Shown here: one piece after another, positions 18,612-29,174 of the stretch
How positions within the stretch are numbered: the first letter of the stretch is position 1
How the letters are laid out: the number at the start of each line of letters is the position of its first letter
Source: Terrimesophilobacter sp.
GTDB lineage: Bacteria > Actinomycetota > Actinomycetes > Actinomycetales > Microbacteriaceae
Direction: 5' to 3'
Length of the DNA stretch: 64,000 nucleotides
Assembly (NCBI GenBank): GCA_039924285.1
Contig: JBDTBD010000003.1
Location: forward strand, 17,179-81,178
Made by a program: the position numbers and the translations under genes
Notes under the pieces: model-generated
Told to the model about the DNA's origin: nothing
The model's input: only the letters and a program-made list of their open reading frames with translations
Database searches by the model: none

Positions 18612-19261
18612 AGTTCGCCGACACACTTCGTGGACTCTTGCGACGGTGGTACATCGTTGTCCCCGGGATTCTCGTCACCACCGCGATAGTGCTCGGCGCC
18701 TGGTTCACGATCCCCACGGGATATGAACGCTCCGCGACGCAGCTCCTGATCCCCGGTGCAAACAGCATGCCGGCAGGGGCGAACCCCTATCTTTTCCTCG
18801 GCGGCCTGTCACCCGCCGCCGACGTTCTGGTGCGAGCAATCGGGTCGCAAAACGTTCTTGATGAAGTGGTCAAAGAACACCCAGGGGTCAAGATCGAGAT
18901 TTCACGGGACACATCAACAGCGGGACCGATCATTCTCATTACGGTGAACGCAAGCAGCAACGACTCCGCAAAGGAGGTCCTTGGGCTGCTCGTCGACCGC
19001 ACGACGACAGTACTCGAAGACTTACAGCGAGTGGAAAACATCCCTAGGGCGAACCGCATCACCGTGATTCCCATCACCATTGACAGGCAAGGCCAGATTC
19101 AGCAGCGAAACCGACTCCTTGGAACCGCCGGTGCCGGAATCGCCGGCCTCATCCTCACGTTGCTCACCGCCGGCTTTGTCGAAGGCGCCAGTCAGCAGAG
19201 ACGGCGGCGCAGCAGGCCGTCAAACAGCGACGACAATGAAACCGACGCCGAGCCCGCATGA
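18608..19261 (+). CDS. Wzz/PCP-like membrane protein 2
   Basis: LLRRWY+TM, P.Y..SATQLL, NPYL, C-terminal TM. Confidence 0.65.
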   Translation: MKFADTLRGLLRRWYIVVPGILVTTAIVLGAWFTIPTGYERSATQLLIPGANSMPAGANPYLFLGGLSPAADVLVRAIGSQNVLDEVVKEHPGVKIEISRDTSTAGPIILITVNASSNDSAKEVLGLLVDRTTTVLEDLQRVENIPRANRITVIPITIDRQGQIQQRNRLLGTAGAGIAGLILTLLTAGFVEGASQQRRRRSRPSNSDDNETDAEPA

Positions 19262-20652
19262 CCGCCAAGCATCACGCCTCGGGACCTGACGCTGATTTCG
19301 ATCGTCCCGCCCTAGGGAGTCGGCGCGAGGCTGATGCAGTGACGATGCTCACGGTGTATCTGGTCCTGCTCCTCGCGATACCGTCGGGAGTCACGATCGA
19401 CGCCCTCGGCGCTCTCGGTCGGCCGTCTTTGATTTGGGGTCTCATCCTCATGGCGTGGTGGATGGTGTCGCGATTGCAAGCGCGAGTGCACGAGACAACG
19501 CCGCTCTCCCACCCGGTGCGCTTTGCATTCGTGGCCTTCGTCGTGATCGTACTCATAAGCTATGCGGCTGCGATGCTTCGCGGTCAGCCAAGCGATCAGC
19601 TGAGCCCAGCATTCACGGCGCTCATTCGACTGCTGTCCTGGGCGGGAGTGCTGTTCGTTGCGGTCGACGGCATCCGAACGATGAACGATCTCGCAACCAT
19701 GGTGCGGCGGATCGGAATCGGGGCCGGACTGCTTGCGGCACTCGGACTCCTACAATTTCTCACGGGGCAAGCGCTGGTCGATTTTTTCGGGACAATTCCT
19801 GGACTGACCATGGCTGGCGGCATCGGACAGCGCGCGGGCGTGATCCGCTCGTCCGGAACGGCAATTCACCCACTCGAGTACGCGACCGCGCTCAACGCCG
19901 CATTGCCCCTCGTTATCGCGGCCGCACTCTCAGGCGGGTTCCGATCACGCCATTCCGCTAAGGCACTCTGGTGGTGGCTGCCCGTCGGACTCATCTCGAT
20001 CTCGTCGTTGGTGGCAGTCTCCCGTTCAGCCATCATCGGAGTCGCAGTCGCCGTCTTGTGGATGATACCGGCGATCCCGCGTCGACGCCTCCCCGCCGCG
20101 CTCGGCGTGGGTACCGTACTCGCTTTCGGAGTCTTCGCCGCTATACCGGGCCTGCTGTCGACGACCGCCTCGCTGTTCTCTGGGGCTGCAAGTGACCCAA
20201 GCACCGTGTCGCGGACGACCGGATTGGCGCGGGTTCCCGAGTTCATGTCCACATCACCGCTGATCGGCTCTGGATTCGGCACCTTTCTGCCCCGGTACTA
20301 CATCTTCGACAACCAATGGGTGCTCATCGCCATCGACCTAGGAATTCTTGGCCTCATCGCATTCACCAGTATCTTCGTGACGGGAATCTGGAGCGCCCTT
20401 CGTGCAAAGCGATCAAGCGAACCGGGCGCGCGGCTGCTTGGGCATGCGCTCACGGCATCGATGTTCACCATCGCCGTTCTGTTCGCGTTCTTCGACGGGC
20501 TCTCCTTTCCGATAGCGGGCGGCGTCCTCTTTCTTCTAGCGGGGTTGTGCGGAAGCATCCACACCATCACCACGCCGCACCGGGCGCTGGAGATGCTGCG
20601 ACTGCCGGGCACTCGGTCGTCGTCGCGTTCTGACCACAGTCGGCCTGCGTAG
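19258..20652 (+). CDS. O-antigen ligase/Wzy polymerase family protein
   Basis: About 12 TM helices, RSSGTAIHPLEY, SRSA, PLIGSGFG, DNQW..IAIDLGILG. Confidence 0.85.
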   Translation: MTAKHHASGPDADFDRPALGSRREADAVTMLTVYLVLLLAIPSGVTIDALGALGRPSLIWGLILMAWWMVSRLQARVHETTPLSHPVRFAFVAFVVIVLISYAAAMLRGQPSDQLSPAFTALIRLLSWAGVLFVAVDGIRTMNDLATMVRRIGIGAGLLAALGLLQFLTGQALVDFFGTIPGLTMAGGIGQRAGVIRSSGTAIHPLEYATALNAALPLVIAAALSGGFRSRHSAKALWWWLPVGLISISSLVAVSRSAIIGVAVAVLWMIPAIPRRRLPAALGVGTVLAFGVFAAIPGLLSTTASLFSGAASDPSTVSRTTGLARVPEFMSTSPLIGSGFGTFLPRYYIFDNQWVLIAIDLGILGLIAFTSIFVTGIWSALRAKRSSEPGARLLGHALTASMFTIAVLFAFFDGLSFPIAGGVLFLLAGLCGSIHTITTPHRALEMLRLPGTRSSSRSDHSRPA

Positions 20653-20657
20653 CCCGG

Positions 20658-21602
20658 ATGGGAGGTGGCGACCGAGCTGGATATGCCCGTAGCATGGGAG
20701 CCGTGCCCCTCGACGTCGCCGCGGTTGTCGTCACGTATAACAGCAGACGCCACGTATCCGCTCTCCTCGACAGTCTGCCCGACGCGTTCGGCAATCTCAC
20801 CTACTCCGTCGTCGTGGTCGATAACGGTTCGACCGATGGGACCGCGGACCTGCTGACCGGCCGATCGGACTGCCATGTTGTGCGCTCGACGAATGATGGT
20901 TACGCGGCCGGAATCAACCGAGCGGTGCTCGCCTCTCCCGATGCCTCGGCGATTCTCATCCTCAACCCGGATGCCACACTCGACCCTGACGCTGTGCCAC
21001 GGATGCTCGAATCACTTCGACGGCCCGGCGTCGGAGTCGTCGCGCCTCGCGTGCGCGAAGAGGACGGCAGGCTCTCCCCGACAATACGACGCGGGCCGAC
21101 TCTCGGGCGGGTGGGCGGGTTGAGCTTCACCGGACTCTCGGCGTTCACCGAACGGATCGAGAATCCGCGCGAGTACCTGAGCGAGCACGAGGTCGACTGG
21201 GCAGTCGGTGCGATCCTGCTCGTCGATCGCCGCTGTTTCGAGGCCCTCGACGGCCTTGACGAATCTTACTTTCTGTACTCGGAGGAGACCGATTTCAGCC
21301 TCAGAGCTCGGGACGCCGGCTGGAGAACCGTCTATACGCCCCACGCCGGGGGGATGCATGTGGGCGGCGGCTCGGGCGAGAGCGCGGCAACGCATACGAT
21401 GCAGATGCTCAACAGGGTTCGACTCTATCGACGACGCGCTGGCGATAAGCGTGCCCGGCTGTACTTCGGCATGATTGTCCTCATTGAACTCCGACGAGCG
21501 ATCCTTGGACAACGCAAGTCTTGGCCGACGTTGCGTGCCCTATTGCGGCCTTCGCTCCGCCCCCCTCAGCTCGGTGCGAGCACGTCACTGCTGCCCCGAT
21601 GA
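20658..21602 (+). CDS. Glycosyltransferase family 2 (WbbL/rhamnosyltransferase-like)
   Basis: VVVTYNS, VVVDNGSTDG, GYAAGIN, LNPD, GLDESYFLYSEETD; alternative start at 20694. Confidence 0.9.
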   Translation: MGGGDRAGYARSMGAVPLDVAAVVVTYNSRRHVSALLDSLPDAFGNLTYSVVVVDNGSTDGTADLLTGRSDCHVVRSTNDGYAAGINRAVLASPDASAILILNPDATLDPDAVPRMLESLRRPGVGVVAPRVREEDGRLSPTIRRGPTLGRVGGLSFTGLSAFTERIENPREYLSEHEVDWAVGAILLVDRRCFEALDGLDESYFLYSEETDFSLRARDAGWRTVYTPHAGGMHVGGGSGESAATHTMQMLNRVRLYRRRAGDKRARLYFGMIVLIELRRAILGQRKSWPTLRALLRPSLRPPQLGASTSLLPR

Positions 21603-21668
21603 CGGCACGCAGACATCCGCTCGATGAAATCTAACGTCGTGCATTCTCTCTGCCCGGCGCGCAGCATG

Positions 21669-22682
21669 TCAGCGCACCACTGACGGCGACCACGCGTGCT
21701 TGATATAGACGACCGGTGCCGAACCGTCGTCAATGGGGATTGACCACACGTCGCTATCGCCGGCGACTTTTGCGTTCACCAGTCCGTAGAGCAGAGTTGT
21801 GTCATCGAGCCACTCAACCTGGTCGTCGACGCTGTGCTTCTCGCTCAGGACTGTCTCCTGGTCCGTTGCCAGATCGAGCACGGCGATCGCCCAGCGTGAG
21901 TCCGGGCCGCTTGACACCTTCTTCTTGTAGGCGACGTGGAGCCCGTCCGGCGACAGCGACGGGCACTCTGCGTTCTCGCGCACCGACATCATCGTGCGGG
22001 CACGCAAATCGCCGCGGACCAGCCAGGTCTTCCCCCCTGAGGCGGCGGTCGCGTAAAACGTGTCGGCGTCTGCACCGAAGGTCACTCCCCAAAAATTGCG
22101 GTCGATCGCCGTGAGCCTGTCCCCATCGATCAGGGTCGTAAAGTCTTCCAGATGGCCGTAGTCAGATCCGTCGGCGCCCTTGATAACCGTCTGGGTGGAA
22201 AAGCCCACCGTGGCATATGACATGCCGGTGATGAACGCCGTGCTTGCGACAAAGCGTGAATCCTGAGAGATCCTGGTCCGGCTCGGGATACCTGGAAGAG
22301 CCCACGAAGCCAACTGTTTTCCGGATGCATCGGTCACCACCGCCTCGAAGGTTGTCACTACTCCCCTGTTGGTACGCAGACAGGCGATATCCTGCTCCGT
22401 TTCATAGACGCGATCGCACGCCCGGTCGGTAACGACGCGTGGGGCTGCCGGATTGTCTAGCGGCACTGATGCGACGAGCCCGTATCCCTGGCCGGTTGCC
22501 GTGTTACGAAAAACCACGCGTGGCCCCGATGCTCGTACTGTTGCCGTAATCGTCTTCACGGTGCTGGGAGCCGACTGCCGTTGCTGGTAGTTGACAAACG
22601 AGATCGCGCCGTAGGTAATGGCGCCTGCAAGAACTATCGCAGCGATCGATGACAACGCCAGCCACTGGGTGCGCGCTTTCAC
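21669..22682 (-). CDS. Membrane-anchored TolB-like beta-propeller protein
   Basis: N-terminal TM, CDRV, GIPSRTRIS, NFWGVTF, ECPSLSPDG, SVDDQVEWLDD, AWSP; GTG 22682 overlaps the MFS stop. Confidence 0.7.
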   Translation of the reverse strand: MKARTQWLALSSIAAIVLAGAITYGAISFVNYQQRQSAPSTVKTITATVRASGPRVVFRNTATGQGYGLVASVPLDNPAAPRVVTDRACDRVYETEQDIACLRTNRGVVTTFEAVVTDASGKQLASWALPGIPSRTRISQDSRFVASTAFITGMSYATVGFSTQTVIKGADGSDYGHLEDFTTLIDGDRLTAIDRNFWGVTFGADADTFYATAASGGKTWLVRGDLRARTMMSVRENAECPSLSPDGLHVAYKKKVSSGPDSRWAIAVLDLATDQETVLSEKHSVDDQVEWLDDTTLLYGLVNAKVAGDSDVWSIPIDDGSAPVVYIKHAWSPSVVR

Positions 22683-23938
22683 ACCGCGACCGATCGCGTC
22701 GTCACGCCGCGGAGCAGTACCGCGACGACGGGGATGGCAACGGCCAGAGCCACCGCAACAAGGAGCACCGAGGTACCGCGCCCTGCGAAGAACCACAGAA
22801 ATCCGAAGCCCGTCGAGGCAACCAGTCTGGCTACGGCGACGACAGTCTGTGCGGCAGCAATTCCGGTAGCAGTGCTCGATGGTGGCGTGAACTGAGTCGC
22901 CAGCGCCGCAAGCACACCGTCGGTCGCCGCGTAAAACGTGCCGAGAAGCAGTAGGCATAAAACGGTGATCAGCACACCGCTCACTGGTAAAGCGGCCGAT
23001 AAATACGCGGCAAGCAGCACGATATACCCGGCAATGAACACCCGGATGCGGCCAATCCGATCCGCGAGCCTGCCTAGCGGCAGCGACAAGCTGAGATACG
23101 CGATATTCGTACCGACGTACAGCAGAGGGAACCACTCGGCCGCAAACGCACCCCGACTCTGCAACACGAGGTAGATGAATCCATCGCCGATGGTGAGCAC
23201 GCCAAACAGTGCAGCTGCAATCAACAAGCGCCGTAGGCGCGGGTCGCCCAGGTGCTTCCAGCTAAACGGCTGGCGTGGCCGATCCGGGGCGGCGCGGTCG
23301 GCGCGCGGTCGCTTATTTGGCACAACGATGCCGAGAACGGCGACCCCAAGCACAGCGAAAGCGAGTGATACGACGAACACCGTGCTGTATCCGTCGGGGA
23401 GTATGAGCAGGATGACGAAGGCGATGAGCGGACCGACCGCTGCGCCGATCGTGTCCAGCATTCTGTGCATCCCGAAGGACCGCCCCAGGTTTTGCGGAAG
23501 CGACGAGGCGGCAACGAGTGCATCCCGGGGAGCGGTGCGCACTCCCTTGCCCAACCTGTCGATCGCGAGGACCGTCGTGATCCCCGCGAAAGTGGTGGCG
23601 AACAGCAGCCCCACCCGAGCGATCGCGGAGACCCCGTACCCGAAGAACGCGATCCACTTCGGTTGATCGCCGCGGTCGGCGGCCCACCCGCCGGCGATTC
23701 GCACCAGGGCACTGACGCCCTGATAGACACCGTCGATAAACCCATAGGCGATGGTCGAGAGCCCGATGACCCCGGTTATGTAGAGCGGGAGCACTGCGGC
23801 GACGGACTCGGACGAAATGTCCGTGAGCATGCTGACGACGCCCAGCGCGACCACCACAGAGGAAACTTTGGGACCAACCCGCGACGACCCTGTCGGAACC
23901 TCCTCGTCTTTCGGGCGATCCGAGAGCGAAATGTACAT
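22679..23938 (-). CDS. MFS transporter
   Basis: 12 TM, SMLTDISSE, GWAADR, DRLGKGVRTAPRDAL, GRLADRIGR. Confidence 0.92.
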   Translation of the reverse strand: MYISLSDRPKDEEVPTGSSRVGPKVSSVVVALGVVSMLTDISSESVAAVLPLYITGVIGLSTIAYGFIDGVYQGVSALVRIAGGWAADRGDQPKWIAFFGYGVSAIARVGLLFATTFAGITTVLAIDRLGKGVRTAPRDALVAASSLPQNLGRSFGMHRMLDTIGAAVGPLIAFVILLILPDGYSTVFVVSLAFAVLGVAVLGIVVPNKRPRADRAAPDRPRQPFSWKHLGDPRLRRLLIAAALFGVLTIGDGFIYLVLQSRGAFAAEWFPLLYVGTNIAYLSLSLPLGRLADRIGRIRVFIAGYIVLLAAYLSAALPVSGVLITVLCLLLLGTFYAATDGVLAALATQFTPPSSTATGIAAAQTVVAVARLVASTGFGFLWFFAGRGTSVLLVAVALAVAIPVVAVLLRGVTTRSVAV

Positions 23939-23948
23939 GGGCCCGAGA

Positions 23949-24638
23949 TCAGACTTCCGTCGTGAAAACGCCATACACCGTGTACCGCGAGCCGTCACCG
24001 GTTGCCGAGGCCGTCACAGTGACGGTGTCTGCGCCGCGCACGAAAGCCAGTGCGATCGACCCGTCGAGCGCCGGTGTCGTAGTTGCGGTCAACCCCACCG
24101 AACCAAGCGCTGTGCGATAGAAGTCGAGAATTGCGGTGGGGCCAAGAGACGATGTAGCGTCGAGCCCCACTTGCAATCGAGTTTCCGCGGACCCAACGGA
24201 AGTGAATGTGACAGTCGACTTCTGTGCCAACGGAATCACCGTGCTGGGAAACCCGGCCACAATCTTTCCTTGTGCGCTCGCCGTCTTCGGCAATGGGGCG
24301 AAGACAAGAGGCCGACGGGGAGCGGAGGGGGGCAGCACGTAAGGCGGAGAACTCATGTTGACGGAGGGCTGCTGTTCGTGTCCGCCGGTGGACGATCCCG
24401 GAGTGGGCTTCGCCTCATCGAGGGTCGGTGGCACTTTCGGTGTTGCGGACTGATCAGCCTCCGGCACCGCGGACTGATCAGCCTCGGGCGCCACGGACGC
24501 GGCTCCGGCCGGCGAGTCGACGGCTGCGGGCGTAGTGGCGCTGCCCCCTGGCAGTTGATTGACGACGACCGCCGCAACGACGATCGCCGCCGCGAGGCCG
24601 AGTGCGGCCAACGCTGCGTTTCGTAATTTCACCTTCAT
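23949..24638 (-). CDS. Hypothetical membrane-anchored/secreted protein with Pro-rich linker
   Basis: N-terminal basic residues plus TM, PEADQSA duplication, GFPSTVIP..YRTAL core. Confidence 0.7.
   Translation of the reverse strand: MKVKLRNAALAALGLAAAIVVAAVVVNQLPGGSATTPAAVDSPAGAASVAPEADQSAVPEADQSATPKVPPTLDEAKPTPGSSTGGHEQQPSVNMSSPPYVLPPSAPRRPLVFAPLPKTASAQGKIVAGFPSTVIPLAQKSTVTFTSVGSAETRLQVGLDATSSLGPTAILDFYRTALGSVGLTATTTPALDGSIALAFVRGADTVTVTASATGDGSRYTVYGVFTTEV
24445..24492. repeat. 24-bp tandem duplication (PEADQSA x2)
   Basis: gcggactgatcagcctccggcacc / gcggactgatcagcctcgggcgcc. Confidence 0.85.
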
Positions 24639-24807
24639 GCGAACACCCCTCACCGGGTCGGGTCGGTGCTCCGCACCTCGGCTCGACTAGCGGGATTTTG
24701 CCGAACCGTGCGGCTCGCCCATGGCGGCGGTGAGCTTACCCTAATACGGATACAACCTGTCGTCCAACCCCCTCGGTAAACTCACTGCACCTACGCGCGC
24801 AGCACTG

Positions 24808-25764
24808 TTATCGGGCGAACCGATCGGTGGCATCGATCAGCGCAGCCAGGATGCCTGGCTCGTCGAAAGAGTGCCCGGCATCCGCGATCAGCACAAACTC
24901 GGCTTCCGGCAACACTTTGTGCAGATCCCACGCCGTGGTAGCCGGCGTGCACACGTCGTAGCGACCCTGCACGATAACTGTCGGTATGTTTTTCAGAGTC
25001 GTCGCATCCCGGATCAGCTGGCCGTCATCAAACCAGCCTCGGTTCATGAAGTAATGATTCTCGATGCGCGCAAATGCCAAAGCGAACTCAGGATCGGCGA
25101 AGCGGGCTACGAGGTCGGGTTTCGGCAGGAGGGTGATACCGGATGCCTCCCAAGTGGCCCAGGCGACAGCGGCAGGCCCGTGCACGGTCGGATTCGGATC
25201 GTTCAGCAACCGGGAGTAGGCCTCGATAAGTCCGCCGCGCTGCGCCGCAGCAACCGGCGCGAGGAATCCCTCCCAGGTGTCGGGGAACAAAGCGGCAGCA
25301 CCACCCTCATAGAACCAGTCGAGCTCGCTCTTTCGCAGCGTGAAGATACCGCGCAGCACAAGTTCGCTCACCCGGGCGGGGTGTTTTTCGGCGTAGGCGA
25401 GCGCCAGGGTGCTGCCCCAGGAACCACCGAACACCTGCCACCGGTCGATGGCGAGGTGCTCTCGAAGCCGCTCCAGGTCCTCGACGAGGTGCCAGGTCGT
25501 GTTCGTGCTCAGGTCCGCGTCCGGCGAACTGGCATGCGGGAGGCTCCGGCCGCACCCGCGTTGGTCGAACAGGACAATGCGGTATCGGGACGGATCAAAC
25601 AGCCGCCGATGGTCGGCAGTGCAGGCGGCGCCGGGGCCGCCGTGCAAAAACACTGCCGGTTTTCCGTCCGGGTTGCCGCATGCCTCCCAGTAGAGCCCTT
25701 GGCCGTCGCCGACGTCCAGCATCCCGGACTCGTAGGGTTCGATCTCGGGGTACAGTGCGCGCAT
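24808..25764 (-). CDS. pip: Prolyl aminopeptidase (proline iminopeptidase)
   Basis: LYPEIEP, LHGGPG, FDQRGCGRS, FGGSWG, LRGIF, QGRYD, AGHS. Confidence 0.95.
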   Translation of the reverse strand: MRALYPEIEPYESGMLDVGDGQGLYWEACGNPDGKPAVFLHGGPGAACTADHRRLFDPSRYRIVLFDQRGCGRSLPHASSPDADLSTNTTWHLVEDLERLREHLAIDRWQVFGGSWGSTLALAYAEKHPARVSELVLRGIFTLRKSELDWFYEGGAAALFPDTWEGFLAPVAAAQRGGLIEAYSRLLNDPNPTVHGPAAVAWATWEASGITLLPKPDLVARFADPEFALAFARIENHYFMNRGWFDDGQLIRDATTLKNIPTVIVQGRYDVCTPATTAWDLHKVLPEAEFVLIADAGHSFDEPGILAALIDATDRFAR

Positions 25765-25793
25765 GCTCCGAGCGTATCCCGGCGGCGTGCCCA

Positions 25794-25875
25794 CCCGTTT
25801 CAAGGAGTCCCGGTCCTCACCGGGCAGTCTTCCTGGGATGCGAGGCGACCCGAGGTAAAAACTCCGTGAGATGGG
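25794..25875. repeat. 82-bp palindromic intergenic element, copy 1
   Basis: CCCGTTTCAAGGAGT...AACTCCGTGAGATGGG terminal inverted repeats. Confidence 0.8.
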
Positions 25876-25883
25876 ATTAGCGG

Positions 25884-27203
25884 CTATCGTCCAAGGCCAC
25901 GATAGTTCCAGCCGGCCGCTCGCCACGCTTCCGGGTCGAGGCAGTTTCGCCCGTCGATGATGACCGGGGTCCGCACAAGGAGTCGCACGTCAACCGGATC
26001 GAGGGCCTTATATTGACTCCACTCCGTCACAAGAACCACCGCGTCCGCGTCCCGCAGCGCCTCTACAGGGTCGGCGACGAAGTGGAGTTGAGGATGCTGA
26101 CGGCGGGAATTCTCAATCGCTTGCGGGTCGGTGGCGAAAACCTCGGCGCCAAGCCCATTCAACTGCACCGCGACATCCAGTGCCGGAGAATCGCGAATAT
26201 CGTCCGAGTCAGGCTTGAAGGCCAGGCCGAGAACGGCGACCTTCTTCTCGTGCGGTTCGCCGCCCAGCGACTCGACGACAAGGTCAACCACGTGCTGTCG
26301 CCGTCGAAGATTGATCGCATCGACCTCTTTGAGGAACGCCACGGATTCTCCGCGACCAAGCTCCTCCGCCCGCGCGATGAAGCCTCGAATGTCCTTTGGC
26401 AGGCAACCGCCGCCGAAGCCGATGCCGGCATTGAGGAACTTGCGTCCGATACGCGGGTCGAAGCCGATCGCATCCGCTAACTCCGTGACGTCGGCACCGG
26501 TGACCTCGGCGATTTCCGCCATGGCATTGATGAACGAAATCTTTGTCGCCAAAAACGCGTTCGCCGCCGCCTTGACCAACTCGGCAGTGGCGTAGTCCGT
26601 GACGACCAAGGGCGTGCCGGCGGCGAGCGCTGCCGCATATACCTCGTTGAGTGCTTCGACCGCGGGATGCAGCCCGCTCTCGCCTAACGCTCTCTCAGGA
26701 CCTACGCCGTAGACCAGCCGATCTGGGGCGATCGTGTCGTTGACGGCAAAGCCCTCCCGGAGAAATTCCGGATTCCACGCCAGCATCGCGCCAACGGCTT
26801 CCACCTGCACCGCCAGTCGAGCAGCAGTGCCGACGGGCACCGTCGACTTTCCCGCCACTAGATCACCCGGCGACAGGTAGGGAAGCAACCCTGCGACTGC
26901 GGCATCGACATAACTGAGGTCGGCCGCACCCTCACCCTTCTTCTGCGGCGTGCCGACAGCGATGAAATGCACCTTCGCGCCGCGCGCATCCGCAAGCCGG
27001 CTGCTGAAACGCAGGTGCCCTGAAGATCCGGCCGACGCTAGAATCTCCGGCAACCCCGGTTCGAATACCGGTGCCCTGCCCGAAGCGAGTGCCTTTATCT
27101 TGCCTTCGTCGACGTCGATGCCGATGACGTCGTGCCCAAGTTCGGCCATGGCCGCCGCGTGCACGGCGCCCAGATAGCCGCATCCGATCACAGAAATCTT
27201 CAT
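25884..27203 (-). CDS. ugd: UDP-glucose 6-dehydrogenase
   Basis: GCGYLG, KSTVPVGT, NPEFLREG, AELVK, GFGGGCLPKD, KPDSDDIRDSP, DGRN. Confidence 0.93.
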   Translation of the reverse strand: MKISVIGCGYLGAVHAAAMAELGHDVIGIDVDEGKIKALASGRAPVFEPGLPEILASAGSSGHLRFSSRLADARGAKVHFIAVGTPQKKGEGAADLSYVDAAVAGLLPYLSPGDLVAGKSTVPVGTAARLAVQVEAVGAMLAWNPEFLREGFAVNDTIAPDRLVYGVGPERALGESGLHPAVEALNEVYAAALAAGTPLVVTDYATAELVKAAANAFLATKISFINAMAEIAEVTGADVTELADAIGFDPRIGRKFLNAGIGFGGGCLPKDIRGFIARAEELGRGESVAFLKEVDAINLRRRQHVVDLVVESLGGEPHEKKVAVLGLAFKPDSDDIRDSPALDVAVQLNGLGAEVFATDPQAIENSRRQHPQLHFVADPVEALRDADAVVLVTEWSQYKALDPVDVRLLVRTPVIIDGRNCLDPEAWRAAGWNYRGLGR

Positions 27204-27272
27204 GGTGACATCCTCTCGGAAAGACGAGCGTTTGGCCATAATACGGGGAGTTGAATGACCCGGCGCGACGAG

Positions 27273-29102
27273 TCAGGCCGCCATGTGGGCAGCGAGTGTC
27301 TCCAACAACTCGTCGCCGTACTTGGCCAGCTTGCTCTCCCCGATGCCGGTGACAGTGCCGAGGTCCTCGAGCGAAGCCGGACGGCGCACTGCGACCTCCC
27401 GCAGGGTAGCGTCGTGGAAGATCACGTACGCGGGCAGCCCTTGCTCCTTGGCCTTGCCGGCTCGCCACGCGCGAAGAGTCTCGAACAGTTCGCGGGCATC
27501 CGGCGACAGGTCCGCCAGAGCGCTCGAGATGGCAGCCTTCGTCCGCGACACCCGGCTCCGCTCCGGCTCGCGTCGCAGCCGCACCGGATGCGACCCGTTC
27601 AGCACGCCGGCGCTACTCTCGGTGATCACGAGCGTCGGATAGGACCCCTGCCCCGAGGCGTGCACGGCGAGCAGTCCCTGCGCGAGCAGCTGCCGCACCA
27701 CTCCCCGCCACTGCGTGTCGCGCAACTCGGTGCCGAGCCCGAACGTGCTGAGCGCGTCGTGACCGAACTGCTCCACGCGAGCGGTCTGCCTGCCCAACAG
27801 GATGTCGATGATCTGTCCAGCGCCGAATTTCTGCCCAAACTGCCGCTGCAGCCGCACCACCGTTGACAGCAGCTTCTGGGCGGCGATCGTCCCGTCCCAG
27901 CCCTCGGGCGGGTCCAGACAGGTGTCGCAGTTTCCGCACGGCTGGGACGACTCGCCGAAGTAAGACAGCAGTTGCACGCGTCGGCACTGCAGCGTCTCAC
28001 ACAGCGCGAGCATGGCATCCAGGTGGGCGCCCAGGCGGCGTCGATAGGCAGCGTCACCCTCGGACTGGTCGATCATTCGGCGCTGTTGAACAACGTCCTG
28101 CAGCCCGTAGGCGAGCCACGCGGTGGCCGGCAAACCGTCGCGTCCGGCGCGACCGGTCTCCTGGTAGTAACTTTCCACGGACTTCGGCAAGTCCAGATGA
28201 GCGACGAAGCGCACATCCGGTTTGTCGATGCCCATCCCAAACGCGATCGTGGCAACCATCACCATGCCGTCTTCGCGCAAGAATCGGGACTGGTTGGCGG
28301 TGCGGATTCGGGAGTCGAGACCGGCGTGGTAGGGCAGGGCGGGGATACCGTGGTCGACGAGGTAGTCGGCCGTCTTCTCCACCGAGGCCCGGGACAGGCA
28401 GTAGACGATGCCAGAGTCCCCCGGATGCTCGGTGCGCAGCAGCTGCAGCAACTGCGCCTTCGGGTCGTTTTTGGGCACGATGCGGTACTGGATGTTCGGT
28501 CGGTCGAAGCTCGCGACGAAGTGCCTGGCGTCGCCGAGGCTCAGCCGCAGCGCGATCTCAGCGTGGGTGGCGGCGGTCGCGGTGGCGGTGAGTGCGACGC
28601 GCGGCACCGTGGGCCAGCGTTCGTGCAGCATCGACAACTGCAGGTAGTCGGGTCGGAAATCGTGGCCCCACTGCGACACGCAGTGCGCCTCGTCGATGGC
28701 GAACAGGGCGATCCTGCCCCGGTCGAGCAGCGCCGAGGTCGACTCGACGCGCAGCCGCTCCGGGGCGAGATACAGCAGGTCGAGTTCGCCGGCAAGAAAG
28801 GCGGATTCCACGCGACGGCGTTCGGTCGCATCCTGCGTCGAATTGAGGAATGCGGCGTGCACGCCGACGAGGTTCAGGGCGGTGACCTGGTCCTGCATCA
28901 GGGCGATGAGCGGGGAGATGACGACGCCGGTGCCCGGTCGCACAAGCGCGGGGATCTGGTAGCACAGCGACTTGCCGCCGCCGGTGGGCATGAGCACCAA
29001 CGCGTCGCCACCGCCGATGACGTGGTCGATCACCTCGGCCTGCTGTCCGCGGAACTGGTCGTAGCCGAAGACGCGGTGGAGAACGTCCAGGGCCGGTGAC
29101 AT
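27273..29102 (-). CDS. recQ: ATP-dependent DNA helicase RecQ
   Basis: [37 protein letters not shown], Zn-binding CRR..CGNCDTC, RQC and HRDC domains. Confidence 0.97.
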   Translation of the reverse strand: MSPALDVLHRVFGYDQFRGQQAEVIDHVIGGGDALVLMPTGGGKSLCYQIPALVRPGTGVVISPLIALMQDQVTALNLVGVHAAFLNSTQDATERRRVESAFLAGELDLLYLAPERLRVESTSALLDRGRIALFAIDEAHCVSQWGHDFRPDYLQLSMLHERWPTVPRVALTATATAATHAEIALRLSLGDARHFVASFDRPNIQYRIVPKNDPKAQLLQLLRTEHPGDSGIVYCLSRASVEKTADYLVDHGIPALPYHAGLDSRIRTANQSRFLREDGMVMVATIAFGMGIDKPDVRFVAHLDLPKSVESYYQETGRAGRDGLPATAWLAYGLQDVVQQRRMIDQSEGDAAYRRRLGAHLDAMLALCETLQCRRVQLLSYFGESSQPCGNCDTCLDPPEGWDGTIAAQKLLSTVVRLQRQFGQKFGAGQIIDILLGRQTARVEQFGHDALSTFGLGTELRDTQWRGVVRQLLAQGLLAVHASGQGSYPTLVITESSAGVLNGSHPVRLRREPERSRVSRTKAAISSALADLSPDARELFETLRAWRAGKAKEQGLPAYVIFHDATLREVAVRRPASLEDLGTVTGIGESKLAKYGDELLETLAAHMAA

Positions 29103-29174
29103 GCTTCTACTGTATGAGGTGATACTGACGGCACGAACGGTCGAAAACAGCTCAACCCGATTGGATGTACCTCG

